40,270 bases of DNA from a virus. Taxonomy: Duplodnaviria; Heunggongvirae; Uroviricota; Caudoviricetes. The notes under the pieces are model-generated. The model saw nothing but the letters and a program-made list of their open reading frames with translations. It did no database searches and had not been told where the DNA came from. Below, in pieces: positions 1-8,553 of the stretch (position 1 is its first letter; the number at the start of each line of letters is the position of its first letter). The DNA lies in IMG/VR virus record IMGVR_UViG_2740892440_000005, positions 1 to 40,270 of that record. The stretch is one strand, 5' to 3'. Both the position numbers and the translations under genes were made by a program.

Positions 1-192
1 TCAGGAGCATTTCTGATTAACGCCACCGTTAAGAATCCACCCTTCAACAGCTTCACGAAGGTATGATTTTGGGTGGGTTCTGACTGGCTTCGGAAATCCG
101 TGCCGTTTGGTATAGTTCCAGATTGTCTGACGTGATGAAACACCGAGCTTGTTCATCACTTCTTTCTCAGGAATCAGGCTGGTATCGGTCAT
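1..192 (-). CDS. xis: Excisionase / AlpA-family small DNA-binding protein (63 aa)
   Basis: ORF translation MTDTSLIPEKEV...TIWNYTKRHGFPKP resembles AlpA/Xis HTH proteins. Stop codon sits at 1-3, ATG at 190-192 with GGAGA RBS just upstream. Confidence 0.7.
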   Translation of the reverse strand: MTDTSLIPEKEVMNKLGVSSRQTIWNYTKRHGFPKPVRTHPKSYLREAVEGWILNGGVNQKCS

Positions 193-213
193 CTTAATTC
201 TCCAGGCAAAAAG

Positions 214-233
214 AAACCGCCATCAGGCGGTTT
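214..233. terminator. Hairpin AAACCGCC-ATCA-GGCGGTTT flanked by A/T runs (possible bidirectional terminator)
   Basis: Perfect 8-bp inverted repeat read directly; T-run follows on the minus strand. Confidence 0.45.
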
Positions 234-390
234 GGTGTTCTTTCAGTTCTTCAATTTGAATATTGGTTACTTCTGCATGTGCTATCTGCGCCCATATCAT
301 CCAGTGGTTATAGCAGTCATTGATGTCCTCTGCTTCGATAACTCTGTTGAATGGTTCTCCATTCCATTCACCTGTGACTCGGAAGTGCAT
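223..390 (-). CDS. Small hypothetical protein (55 aa)
   Basis: Hand-translated ORF not in the supplied track (MHFRVTGEWNGEPF...); GGAGA RBS 6 nt upstream of ATG; stop lies inside the hairpin. Confidence 0.3.
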   Translation of the reverse strand: MHFRVTGEWNGEPFNRVIEAEDINDCYNHWMIWAQIAHAEVTNIQIEELKEHQTA

Positions 391-577
391 TTATCATCTC
401 CATAAAACAAAACTCGCCGTAGCGAGTTCAGATAAAAGAAATCCCCGTCAGTGCGAGGATTGTTAGTTGCGCTCTGCTGCTGCCTTGGTCATTACCATAT
501 CCACCCAATTTCACCAGACATGATTCTCGCAATCACTATCATCACCAAAGTGATAATCACAACTTTAACTGGCGGCA

Positions 578-1144
578 TCATTCACCATCATGCTGCGGCG
601 GTTCTGGTAGCGGCATCCAGTGAGTTACGTCATCCAAGATATTTCCTGATAAATACGTGAAAGCTCTATATTTTTTGTAATCAATTGGATTTACAACCCA
701 GTTCCAATATGCGGCCACGATTTCACCTTGACTAAATGCCAGTAACATTTTGGTGTCTTCCGGCATTCGATCACTACAGCTTATCCAACTATCCGGAGTT
801 CCCGGAGTTGGTCCATCGAATTCGGGCATGTCAGGACCTTTTCTGATAGCTTTAGCCAGCTCCAGCGGGTCATCGTAAAGCCAGTCGCCAGTTTGTGGGT
901 GATTTGCTTCTGCAAGCTGCGCAGCCCATTCAAGACCATCTTTTTGACCTTGGAGATAATCAAGCGGCAACTCTTCATGATTACTTGCAGGTTCTGCACT
1001 ATCAGCTTCGCGCCGCTTCTGTAGCTCTGCTGCCATCGCTCTCACGACTTCAACTGGTGCCCTTGCAGCAAACTCTATGTTGGTGATTAGCTCATTAAGA
1101 TATTGCTCGCCTGGATACTGTTTCTTATCGGTTATAGTGGTCAT
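578..1144 (-). CDS. DUF551-type phage protein (189 aa)
   Basis: C-terminal ...VTHWMPLPEPP is the DUF551 hallmark as I recall it. Start taken at the internal MTTITDKK Met; its ATG is separated by 1 nt from the stop of the upstream gene. Confidence 0.65.
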   Translation of the reverse strand: MTTITDKKQYPGEQYLNELITNIEFAARAPVEVVRAMAAELQKRREADSAEPASNHEELPLDYLQGQKDGLEWAAQLAEANHPQTGDWLYDDPLELAKAIRKGPDMPEFDGPTPGTPDSWISCSDRMPEDTKMLLAFSQGEIVAAYWNWVVNPIDYKKYRAFTYLSGNILDDVTHWMPLPEPPQHDGE

Positions 1145-1145
1145 A

Positions 1146-1532
1146 TCACTCTCCTTTTTCCTGAAGCATAGCGGCACGGCAGGCGTTCCAGCCTCTCACC
1201 TCTGCAATAGCGGCAACAGCATCAACCGCGTACATGCTAAGAGGATTAGGCATTGGTTTTTCTTCCGGTACTACTGGAACGGGGGGGGCGGCGTAGACCT
1301 CAATAATTCCATTATCAATAGGCCATTCTCCATCCTTGATGTAGTCACTTGTGCCATCGACCTGCTGTTCTGCAATGTGGAAAGCACCTATTGGTTTTGC
1401 TTCCAGCGATGCCAGAGCAATTCGTGCCAGTTCTTCCGCTTCTTCTGCTGGCAGTACAACGTTGCTACCAGGTCCGTATGTTTCGCGCCACTGCTTGATT
1501 GTCAGTAGTCGCTCTTTGGTTATAGTGGTCAT
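1146..1532 (-). CDS. Hypothetical phage early protein (128 aa)
   Basis: Track ORF; ATGA start/stop overlap with the next gene upstream suggests translational coupling. Confidence 0.55.
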   Translation of the reverse strand: MTTITKERLLTIKQWRETYGPGSNVVLPAEEAEELARIALASLEAKPIGAFHIAEQQVDGTSDYIKDGEWPIDNGIIEVYAAPPVPVVPEEKPMPNPLSMYAVDAVAAIAEVRGWNACRAAMLQEKGE

Positions 1533-1738
1533 TTGTTAATCCTCAAAACTTTATGCCCAGGCGCAAAAGCACGTGTTTTGTCTTTGCTTATTCGCCAGCC
1601 ATCCTTACGCGCCTCTTTTGCACAACCAGCCCATGACGTACCGATATACTCTCCGAAGTCTGGCACTGGATATACACCTTCCGTACACTGGCGGCAGTCA
1701 CAATAGAGATGTATGGTGTAACTTGCGGCAATAGCCAT
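1529..1738 (-). CDS. Small Cys-rich hypothetical protein (69 aa)
   Basis: Start at internal Met MAIAASYT... with GGAGAG RBS; contains CDCRQC motif. Confidence 0.45.
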   Translation of the reverse strand: MAIAASYTIHLYCDCRQCTEGVYPVPDFGEYIGTSWAGCAKEARKDGWRISKDKTRAFAPGHKVLRINK

Positions 1739-1739
1739 A

Positions 1740-1928
1740 TCACTCTCCTTTAGTGCGCAAGTTGTTTTTCCAGCGGTTTTGCGCCGCGCTGGGCTTTTTG
1801 CAAAAACCACAATCCATCATCCCGTAATGTTTCATTAACCCCACCCGTCGGTTGCTGAGTCTCACCCACTGCCAGACGCCAGGAGCGTTTCTACGAACTA
1901 ACAGAATCTTTGCTTTACGGTTTTTCAT
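1740..1928 (-). CDS. Small basic hypothetical protein (62 aa)
   Basis: Track ORF; AGGAGAG RBS 8 nt upstream of ATG. Confidence 0.45.
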   Translation of the reverse strand: MKNRKAKILLVRRNAPGVWQWVRLSNRRVGLMKHYGMMDCGFCKKPSAAQNRWKNNLRTKGE

Positions 1929-2101
1929 CGTTTTGCTCTCCTGCGTTTCTTTGCTGCTCGTCGTGCCGATGCAATACCGGTATGGCGGCGCTTTGGTGCC
2001 GGGATGATGTTGTCAGCCATCAGGACATGCGGCTTTGCAATTAGCGCAGAAGCCCAAAAACGAGTCGGGTACGGTAACAAGCCGATACATGCCACACGCA
2101 T
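1925..2101 (-). CDS. Small basic hypothetical protein (58 aa)
   Basis: Hand-translated (MRVACIGLLPYPTRFW...KKRRRAKR); AAGGAGG RBS 6 nt upstream; stop overlaps next start (ATGA). Confidence 0.4.
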   Translation of the reverse strand: MRVACIGLLPYPTRFWASALIAKPHVLMADNIIPAPKRRHTGIASARRAAKKRRRAKR

Positions 2102-2364
2102 TACTCACCTCCTTTGATGCGAATGCCTGCGGCGCGGATTGCAGCGATGACTTCAGAAACTTTGTATGCCATTACCGTTTGGTAATCATCGTGAAAATCT
2201 GTTCGATGAAGCATGCTGCTACGTTCCGGGAGCGATATTTCCCGAGCATCCAGTTCCTTAACGCGTTCCTCCAGTTCGTAGACCCTGCATTGTTCTCTAT
2301 CATCAATCAGATATAACCCAAGACATTCGCTTTCTACCCAACCGCCAAAATCATGATCGTAACG

Positions 2365-2850
2365 CTAACATGAAAACTCACCGTCACCGTCCTTTGTTGG
2401 AATGGTGTAACTATCTAATGGGCCACCATATGTCGGCACATTTCCCAATGTTGGATGCTCAATCCACATGAAAAATGCACGTCCGGTTATTGGGCAAATA
2501 TCTGGCCGCCATTGGTTACGAACAGCCTTGGTTTCGGATAATTCTTCAGCGTGTTGTTTTACTTCCTCAAGCTCAACACGCAGCTTCCCTACCGTTAGCG
2601 CAATATCCTCGTTCTCCTGGTCGCGGCGTTTGATGTATTGCTGGTTTCTTTCCCGTTCATCCAGAAGCGCCAGCACGGTTTCTGGTCCGGCCAGAAATTT
2701 GAAGGCGTTGAGCGCATCAATATCCACACCGTAATCTTTAAGTTCCTGTTCACTTAACAAATCATCATCAGCTGGCAACATTAACAGGCGTTCCATTGCC
2801 GGGATTGCACGTTCTGCCGCCTCACGCAGTGCCTGATAGTCAATTGTCAT
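2365..2850 (-). CDS. Ead/Ea22-like phage protein (161 aa)
   Basis: N-terminus MTIDYQALREAAERA... matches my recollection of the Ea22-like family; AAGGA RBS 9 nt upstream of chosen ATG. Confidence 0.55.
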   Translation of the reverse strand: MTIDYQALREAAERAIPAMERLLMLPADDDLLSEQELKDYGVDIDALNAFKFLAGPETVLALLDERERNQQYIKRRDQENEDIALTVGKLRVELEEVKQHAEELSETKAVRNQWRPDICPITGRAFFMWIEHPTLGNVPTYGGPLDSYTIPTKDGDGEFSC

Positions 2851-3490
2851 TCTCGCCATCCTTCACAGTTGTAATCACTACAGCCTTCAAAATCATATGG
2901 CTGTACTGCCAGGTGATTTTTCCGCAATGCGGACAATTCCAACGCACCTTCCCGCTTCGCGACTTCTTTCTTCTGTTCTGATCTTTCAACCAGTCAGGCA
3001 TGACCAAACCTGCGCCCTGAACCATTGTTCTGCGGTTAAAGTTATTGATATTGAACGTCCGGCGCTTTGCTGCATCAGCAATGGGAAATGGCAACCAAAC
3101 TATTCCTGGTTCGTTTTTGTTGGCGACGCTAAAGATGGTCGCTTTACTGAAGTCATCTGTTGGCAATCCACCGTGTTGAAGCCAGTAAACATCGTTGCCG
3201 TTCCAGCTACCTTTTTTGTAGGCCACATACGCAGTGCAATCTGACTCAATCAGGCTTTCTGTAGGGATGTACTGGCAATCAACGTGCCACACTGCCATTG
3301 CATCCACGCTATCAGCGCAAACAGGCTGATCGATATCTCGACCACAATTCCAGGCTTTTTGGGCTTCTTCCAGCGTGTAAACATGGGCGCGATCGATATC
3401 AGAACTGTAACCATTGCCATTATGGCAATGGAATGAAGCGTTATTGCCCACAGTTTCACGCGAGCACATCATGTAAAAACGGTTAGTCAC
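2840..3490 (-). CDS. Hypothetical protein, Cys/His-rich (216 aa), GTG start
   Basis: GTG start preceded by AAGGAGG; GTGA overlap with upstream gene; CPHCG motif near C-terminus. Confidence 0.55.
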   Translation of the reverse strand: MTNRFYMMCSRETVGNNASFHCHNGNGYSSDIDRAHVYTLEEAQKAWNCGRDIDQPVCADSVDAMAVWHVDCQYIPTESLIESDCTAYVAYKKGSWNGNDVYWLQHGGLPTDDFSKATIFSVANKNEPGIVWLPFPIADAAKRRTFNINNFNRRTMVQGAGLVMPDWLKDQNRRKKSRSGKVRWNCPHCGKITWQYSHMILKAVVITTVKDGENDN

Positions 3491-3999
3491 TGGTTGCCTC
3501 CTTTGCGAAGCTCTGCGGCGAACTCGTTAAGTGATATGTAGCAATCTCCAAATGTTAACGAACCGCTCGACCGCATATGCTCCATAGCCATCTCAACGCC
3601 CTGCGCACGCACTTCAGCCAGGAAAGCGTCGGTGGCTGGGGTGTCTGATTGCAGAGACTTTGCGCGATAGTCATTCCACCCTCTTGCATACATGGGATTA
3701 ACTTGCACGCCATCTTTTACACAATATGCCTGCCCTCCACGGTTGATAACCTTGATTTCGTCCATAGCGCCAGACTTCATCCCCGCACTCTCCGATGCCA
3801 GCGCCGCGCACTTGGCCTCAAGGTTATCAATCGTGATTCCAGCAGAACGACACTCCCGCAACGCCGTTTCCAGTTTTGATTCAAGCTCACCGAACTTACG
3901 CACCAGATATTCAGCGTTTGTTTCGTTAACCTTTAAATCTCGTGGGATGCATTTACCTTTCAGAAAACCATCCATCTCAATTAGTGACATTTGTTTCAT
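3487..3999 (-). CDS. Hypothetical protein (170 aa)
   Basis: Track ORF with ATG and GGAGTGGG-like RBS; coupled to downstream gene. Confidence 0.55.
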   Translation of the reverse strand: MKQMSLIEMDGFLKGKCIPRDLKVNETNAEYLVRKFGELESKLETALRECRSAGITIDNLEAKCAALASESAGMKSGAMDEIKVINRGGQAYCVKDGVQVNPMYARGWNDYRAKSLQSDTPATDAFLAEVRAQGVEMAMEHMRSSGSLTFGDCYISLNEFAAELRKGGNQ

Positions 4000-4160
4000 T
4001 TCTTCCCACTCCGCAACATCGCATTCAGATATTTGTTTTGATTCACTGATGGAAAAGAATTTCTCTTAAGCAATTCCTCTCTCGATGGCATTGGCTTTAC
4101 TCGTTGGCGAATAATCATTTCTGCCGGAAGAATGCCGGGATTGTATGCAAGTCCTCTCAT
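3996..4160 (-). CDS. Small hypothetical protein (54 aa from internal Met)
   Basis: GAGGA RBS 7 nt upstream of internal Met MRGLAYNPG...; the longer track ORF start has no RBS. Confidence 0.3.
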   Translation of the reverse strand: MRGLAYNPGILPAEMIIRQRVKPMPSREELLKRNSFPSVNQNKYLNAMLRSGKK

Positions 4161-4170
4161 GGTAAATTCC

Positions 4171-4464
4171 TCAGTCATTACTGATAGCGCCATAGCGTGA
4201 GCGGTAATTACGCAGGCGCGGGTCAATTTCAGGGAAGTGGGTATATGTGGCTTTGCGGAATGGTCGGATTGATGTCTGGTAAATTCGCTCGCGTTCTTCT
4301 TTCTCTGCAAGCCATATACAATGGCGAAATTCCTTTTCCTCTTTCGTTTCCTGCGGTAGCGACATTATCCGGTCGTAGTTTTTTCTGAATTTATCCAGCA
4401 CCTCCGATACGGAATTGCCGGAACAGCGGCGCGCGTCATCCGCACCATACAGAGGCGCTGGCAT
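4171..4464 (-). CDS. Hypothetical protein (97 aa)
   Basis: Track ORF; AGGAG RBS 6 nt upstream of ATG. Confidence 0.5.
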   Translation of the reverse strand: MPAPLYGADDARRCSGNSVSEVLDKFRKNYDRIMSLPQETKEEKEFRHCIWLAEKEERERIYQTSIRPFRKATYTHFPEIDPRLRNYRSRYGAISND

Positions 4465-4480
4465 GGTTTTCTCCTGTTGA

Positions 4481-5029
4481 TTATTTAGCTAACTTTTTCC
4501 AGATCGCTGAAACGTATTTGGCTTGGTGAATGGCATCATCAAGCGCGTTGTGGCGAGTTCCTTTGAATGGCATATCTCGCTTAGGGTCGAATCCTATTAC
4601 CTTCCCAAGTTCGACGATTGTTCTTACGTCGCGGTCATTCCACCACTGCCACGGAACTGGCTGCCCTGTCAGCGAATAACTGTTTCGGAGAATAACGCAG
4701 TCAAATGATGCTCCATTCCCCCAAACCTGAACGAATTTGTGGTTAGCGTTCTTTATGATGAATTCAGATAACCATGAAAGAGCCGTTGAAAGCTCCTGAG
4801 TGTTGCTGGTTAGCGATTTTCTGGCTTCTTCACTCTGTTCCAGCCACCATAAAATCGTTGAAGCGTCAGGACGCGCCCGATATCGCATTGATGACTCAAG
4901 CGAGATATTTACCGAGAACTCTTCTCCTGTTTCTCCGGTATTCGGGTCAAAGAATACCGCCCCAATAGAAATAACTGGCGCGTATGGCCCGTTGCCCATT
5001 GTTTCAAGGTCAACCATCAAGTGATTCAT
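4481..5029 (-). CDS. DnaQ-like (DEDDh) 3'-5' exonuclease (182 aa)
   Basis: Motifs MVDLETMG (Exo I) and HNALDDA (Exo III) read in the translation; AAGGA RBS overlaps the ssb stop. Confidence 0.75.
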   Translation of the reverse strand: MNHLMVDLETMGNGPYAPVISIGAVFFDPNTGETGEEFSVNISLESSMRYRARPDASTILWWLEQSEEARKSLTSNTQELSTALSWLSEFIIKNANHKFVQVWGNGASFDCVILRNSYSLTGQPVPWQWWNDRDVRTIVELGKVIGFDPKRDMPFKGTRHNALDDAIHQAKYVSAIWKKLAK

Positions 5030-5037
5030 GTAAGTCC

Positions 5038-5553
5038 TTAAATTGCGTGAATAGCGTGACGAGGGAAGGGGAGAGTTACTGGTGCAAAGGGGGTATCGTC
5101 GTCAAAATCCATAGGTGGTTCGCTGTGATTTCCCTGCTGCTGAGGTTGCTGTCTTTGTTGCTGACCATTATTTCGCTGAGATGAAGACTGTTCATTGCCT
5201 CCTTGCTTGCCACCAAGCATTTGCATGGTTCCACCAACGCCCACGATGACTTCGGTAGTGAACCGATCCTGTCCGCTTTGATCCTGCCATTTTCTTGTCC
5301 GCAATTTGCCTTCAAGATAAACCTCAGAGCCTTTTCGCAGATATTCGCTGGCAATTTCTGCCAGTTTCCCGCTCATTACCACGCGGTGCCACTCCGTCTG
5401 CTCCTTTTGCTCTCCAGTTTTCTTATCACGCCATTGTTCTGACGTAGCAACGGTAAGGTTTGCAAATGCCGTTCCTGATGGTGAATATCTGATTTCTGGA
5501 TCATGCCCAAGGCGACCAATAATGATCACCTTATTTACGCCTCTGCTTGCCAT
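5038..5553 (-). CDS. ssb: Single-stranded DNA-binding protein with C-terminal extension (171 aa)
   Basis: N-terminus [16 protein letters not shown]...EQTEWHRVV and Gly/Gln-rich linker are classic SSB; the acidic tip MDFDDDTPF is followed by 15 more residues before TAA. Confidence 0.9.
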   Translation of the reverse strand: MASRGVNKVIIIGRLGHDPEIRYSPSGTAFANLTVATSEQWRDKKTGEQKEQTEWHRVVMSGKLAEIASEYLRKGSEVYLEGKLRTRKWQDQSGQDRFTTEVIVGVGGTMQMLGGKQGGNEQSSSQRNNGQQQRQQPQQQGNHSEPPMDFDDDTPFAPVTLPFPRHAIHAI

Positions 5554-6261
5554 TTATGCCGCCTGTTTTAGTTCGTTAACTCTGATGTTCATTACCTGAA
5601 CGCATTTAGCCTGCGCCTCCTCGTTGCCAGCCATTAATTGCCAGTCACGCTGATAACGCTCGATGAGTTTTTTCTTGTCAGTTTCTGTCGCTGCATAATC
5701 GCTGAAGTCTTTCAGGATTTGTTCGCAGTCAACCGATGGAGATTTCTGGTTGGTATTTTCTGGTGATGGTTTGTTATCTGATGCCGGGATTGCCCATCCC
5801 GGCAGCGATGGAGGGAGCCAGTAGAATCCTGTTCCATCCTTGAGTTTTGCCCTGTGCCATCCCTGCTTTTTATCGAGAGATGTTTGTGCGAAACCTTCCT
5901 CAAGGTTATACAGATACCGACCGATTCCCCACTGAACGGCAGCACGCTTCATTGCACCGGAACGACCACCTTTGACGGCTTCTACCTGCGTGTTTTCAGC
6001 AGCATCCCATTTGGTTACCCATTCGGAATCAATCTTTATTGATATGCCGCATTCAACGCCGCCGTTGTTGGGAATATCGCGGTATTCATTGCGCCATCCT
6101 GCTTTGCCGCAAACATCGTCCAGGCGTTTCATGATTGCCCTGTTCGTGACATAAGCCAGCACCATAGCCCACACCTTTCCATCGCGTGTTTTACCGCTTT
6201 GCTGTATTCGCCATTCGATATCTTCAGGGCTGAATGGCTCATCGAATTTGTTCAAATCCAT
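5554..6261 (-). CDS. Rad52/Sak-type single-strand annealing protein (235 aa)
   Basis: Contains GIGRYLY-type core motif typical of Rad52-family phage annealing proteins; sits next to ssb and exonuclease. Confidence 0.7.
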   Translation of the reverse strand: MDLNKFDEPFSPEDIEWRIQQSGKTRDGKVWAMVLAYVTNRAIMKRLDDVCGKAGWRNEYRDIPNNGGVECGISIKIDSEWVTKWDAAENTQVEAVKGGRSGAMKRAAVQWGIGRYLYNLEEGFAQTSLDKKQGWHRAKLKDGTGFYWLPPSLPGWAIPASDNKPSPENTNQKSPSVDCEQILKDFSDYAATETDKKKLIERYQRDWQLMAGNEEAQAKCVQVMNIRVNELKQAA

Positions 6262-6269
6262 AATTCACC

Positions 6270-6458
6270 TCAGAATGGTAATTCGGATGGAGCGGAAAGA
6301 AATTCGCGCTCATTCATGCGCTCTCTTTGTGCCTGCCATAAACAAAGTTGTTTCTTTGATTTATCTCCCGCCTTACGCCAGTAACGAGCCTCAGCAATGT
6401 GATATTCTCTTTTTAATCGACTTAACTCTGGAGTTTTCGCCAGCTCTACCGGAATCAT
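6270..6458 (-). CDS. Small hypothetical protein (62 aa)
   Basis: Start at MIPVELAK with GGAGG RBS 5 nt upstream; ATGA overlap with upstream ORF. Confidence 0.45.
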   Translation of the reverse strand: MIPVELAKTPELSRLKREYHIAEARYWRKAGDKSKKQLCLWQAQRERMNEREFLSAPSELPF

Positions 6459-6658
6459 TTTGACCTCCATTTTCTGTAGGCTTCGACGGCCTCACGAAAC
6501 ATCTTTTCATCGCCAATAAAAGTGGCGATAGTGAATTTAGTCTGAATAGCCATAAGTGTTTTATCCATTTTTTGGAACTCCTGGCTGATTAAGTACGTCG
6601 ATGAGTCGTTTCCATCCGTCACGTAATTTACGGGTGATTCGTTCAAGTAAAGATTCAT
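6455..6658 (-). CDS. Small hypothetical protein (67 aa, or 37 aa from internal Met)
   Basis: Track ORF; only the internal Met (start 6568) has an AGGAG RBS, so the start is uncertain. Confidence 0.3.
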   Translation of the reverse strand: MNLYLNESPVNYVTDGNDSSTYLISQEFQKMDKTLMAIQTKFTIATFIGDEKMFREAVEAYRKWRSK

Positions 6659-6730
6659 TTAGTTGGAAGGCACCCATGCGAGCGCCTCCCGCGATTGCGT
6701 AAATCATGGGTGGTTCCTTATGTTGGTTTA

Positions 6731-7699
6731 TTAGTAGGTTATTTTTGTTGCGAATACTTCGCCTTTTACGATGGCTGTTATGATATTTTTAGCAACATCT
6801 TCTGATGCGCCAACCTTGATAAGGTCAGCAAGTATTTTGTTATTTACTTCTTTCCGGTGAGCTTTATCCTTTGCTCTGCGCTCTTCTTCGTCCTTGATTC
6901 TTTTTTCTTCTGCTATTCTGGCTTGCTCTTTTGCTTCAGCCTCGCGACGGATTCGTTCAGCATCCTCCTGTGCTTTTCGGCGTTCTGCTTCAATTGCCGC
7001 CTGCTTTTCTCTTTCAGCTCGTTCTGCTGCCTCTTTTGCTTCGCGCTGTGCTCGTTGCTCGGCTTCAATGCGTTCACGCTCTGCACGTTCCGCTGCGGCC
7101 TTAGCTTCTGCTTCTCGCCTTGCTGCTGCTTCAATTTCGGCTTTTGCCTTTGCTTCGGCTTCAGCTCTGGCTTTCTCTTCAGCTTCTTTTTTTAAGCGTT
7201 CTTCATGCTCTCGCTTTTCCTGCTCCGCTTTGAGTCTTGCCTCTTCTCTTTGGCGGTCAAATTCGCGATCCATCAAAATCGCTATTTCATGGTCAGACTC
7301 AATTTGCTTTGCGAGAGCTTCAGCTGCTGCCTTAGCTTCTTCTTCGGCTTTAATCCGCGCCTGTTCTTCCTCATAATCAGTAAGAGGCTGGCGTGCCTTG
7401 GCTTTCAGCTCATCAAGGCGATCACGCACTGTCTTGCGGTTGGCATCAATTAGCTTTGGAATTTCCTTCAGTTCAGCAACAAGGTCTTTTCCAAGACCAT
7501 CGAGATATGTTTTCGTCTGCGCAACTTTATACGCCAGAGAAGCGATCTCCTTTCTGCCCTTTGCCGTTGTGATATCAGGCACAAAGGACATAACTTCACG
7601 TTCAACCTTTTGAAGGATTTCTTCAATCTGGTCGGCAGACTGAAATACAGTCATTGCATTTGCTTTTTCAATAACAACTAAATCTGTTACTTCACTCAT
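6731..7699 (-). CDS. DUF1351-like phage protein with long charged helical segment (322 aa)
   Basis: N-terminal domain resembles DUF1351 as I recall it; GGAGG RBS 4 nt upstream of ATG. Confidence 0.6.
   Translation of the reverse strand: MSEVTDLVVIEKANAMTVFQSADQIEEILQKVEREVMSFVPDITTAKGRKEIASLAYKVAQTKTYLDGLGKDLVAELKEIPKLIDANRKTVRDRLDELKAKARQPLTDYEEEQARIKAEEEAKAAAEALAKQIESDHEIAILMDREFDRQREEARLKAEQEKREHEERLKKEAEEKARAEAEAKAKAEIEAAARREAEAKAAAERAERERIEAEQRAQREAKEAAERAEREKQAAIEAERRKAQEDAERIRREAEAKEQARIAEEKRIKDEEERRAKDKAHRKEVNNKILADLIKVGASEDVAKNIITAIVKGEVFATKITY
6877..7282 (-). repeat. Low-complexity E/A/R/K-rich coding segment (about 135 aa)
   Basis: Translation is almost entirely E, A, R, K (AEAEAKAKAEIEAAARREAEAK...), typical of a single alpha-helix or coiled coil; also generates spurious antisense ORFs. 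Confidence 0.6.
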
Positions 7700-7710
7700 A
7701 TATCCTCCGT

Positions 7711-7739
7711 CAAAAAATTGCCCTCACATTGGAGGGCAA
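7711..7739 (-). terminator. Intrinsic terminator-like hairpin (tL-like)
   Basis: 8-bp stem TTGCCCTC/GAGGGCAA with a T-run on the minus strand, just upstream of the DUF1351 gene RBS. Confidence 0.45.
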
Positions 7740-7856
7740 AGAAGATTTCCAATAATCAGAACAAGTCGGCTCCTGTTTAGTTACGAGCGACATTGCTCCG
7801 TGTATTCACTCGTTGGAATGAATACACAGTGCAGTGTTTATTCTGTTGTTTATGCC

Positions 7857-7882
7857 AAAAATAAAGGCCGACTATGCGGCCT
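7857..7882 (-). terminator. Intrinsic terminator-like hairpin (tL-like)
   Basis: Stem AGGCCG/CGGCCT followed on the minus strand by TTTATTTTT. Confidence 0.45.
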
Positions 7883-7915
7883 CGGAAGGAAGTCCAATCA
7901 TCTTATTCAAATCTT

Positions 7916-8542
7916 CTACCCGTAAAGCAGGAAGTGCTGCACTTGCTTTATCTGCTTCTTTTTGTAGTAACTCTTTGCTTTCAGGCCAAAATTCAATAAG
8001 TCGCTTATTGGTAGTAACTCTTTGCTTTCAGGCCAAACTTCAATAAGTCGCTTAACTGTTGTGACTGAGTTCAAAGCAGCCCATACATTTGATTCGATAT
8101 CCTTTTTCAAGGCATCAAGGTTTTGTTGCAATGCGCAGATTTCATCAAACCTTTTTGTTATTTCGTGTTCTGCGTCAAACATGCATTTATCTTTGGTTGG
8201 AGTAGGGAGCAATATATCTTCGCCGTTGCCGTCTTTCCCATATGAATGCCATCCAACCCTTCTGCCAGATACAGTCAGATAAATTGAAGTAGAACGAACA
8301 TCGTATGAGTAAAATGAACATCCCATCTTTCCAAGTTCTTCACTTATAGCTACCAACTTGGATGATAACTGATCCACTTCCTCAGTTTTCTTTTTACCGC
8401 CAAACGCAATAACTCTGGCGTCAAGTGCAAGCTGGTTCTTTAACTTTGTTACTTCTTCAAGTTCAGTGAAAACCCCAGACTTAATTAAAGCGTTACGAGC
8501 GATTTCCTCTTTCATTCTCGTAGTTAAGCGGATTGATGACAT
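7916..8542 (-). CDS. Hypothetical early-left protein (208 aa), 3' end altered by tandem duplication
   Basis: Start at MSSIRLTT with GAGG RBS; a 47-bp direct duplication lies inside the last about 30 codons. Confidence 0.5.
   Translation of the reverse strand: MSSIRLTTRMKEEIARNALIKSGVFTELEEVTKLKNQLALDARVIAFGGKKKTEEVDQLSSKLVAISEELGKMGCSFYSYDVRSTSIYLTVSGRRVGWHSYGKDGNGEDILLPTPTKDKCMFDAEHEITKRFDEICALQQNLDALKKDIESNVWAALNSVTTVKRLIEVWPESKELLPISDLLNFGLKAKSYYKKKQIKQVQHFLLYG
7961..8054. repeat. 47-bp tandem direct duplication (2 copies, 45/47 identical)
   Basis: Copies at 7961-8007 and 8008-8054 (core GTAGTAACTCTTTGCTTTCAGGCCAAA[A/C]TTCAATAAGTCGCTTA) read directly; 47 is not a multiple of 3. Confidence 0.85.
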
Positions 8543-8553
8543 ATTAATTCCTC

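Noticed and set aside
2035-2316. Plus-strand 93-aa ORF in the early-left region
   Set aside because: Opposite to the operon direction, no RBS, and it overlaps the better-supported minus-strand small gene at 1925-2101.
6857-7613. Long plus-strand ORFs (112, 160, 82, 71 aa) antisense to the DUF1351-like gene
   Set aside because: They are Ser/Ala/Cys/Phe-rich mirror images of the E/A/R/K repeat, with no RBS; artefacts of low-complexity coding DNA.
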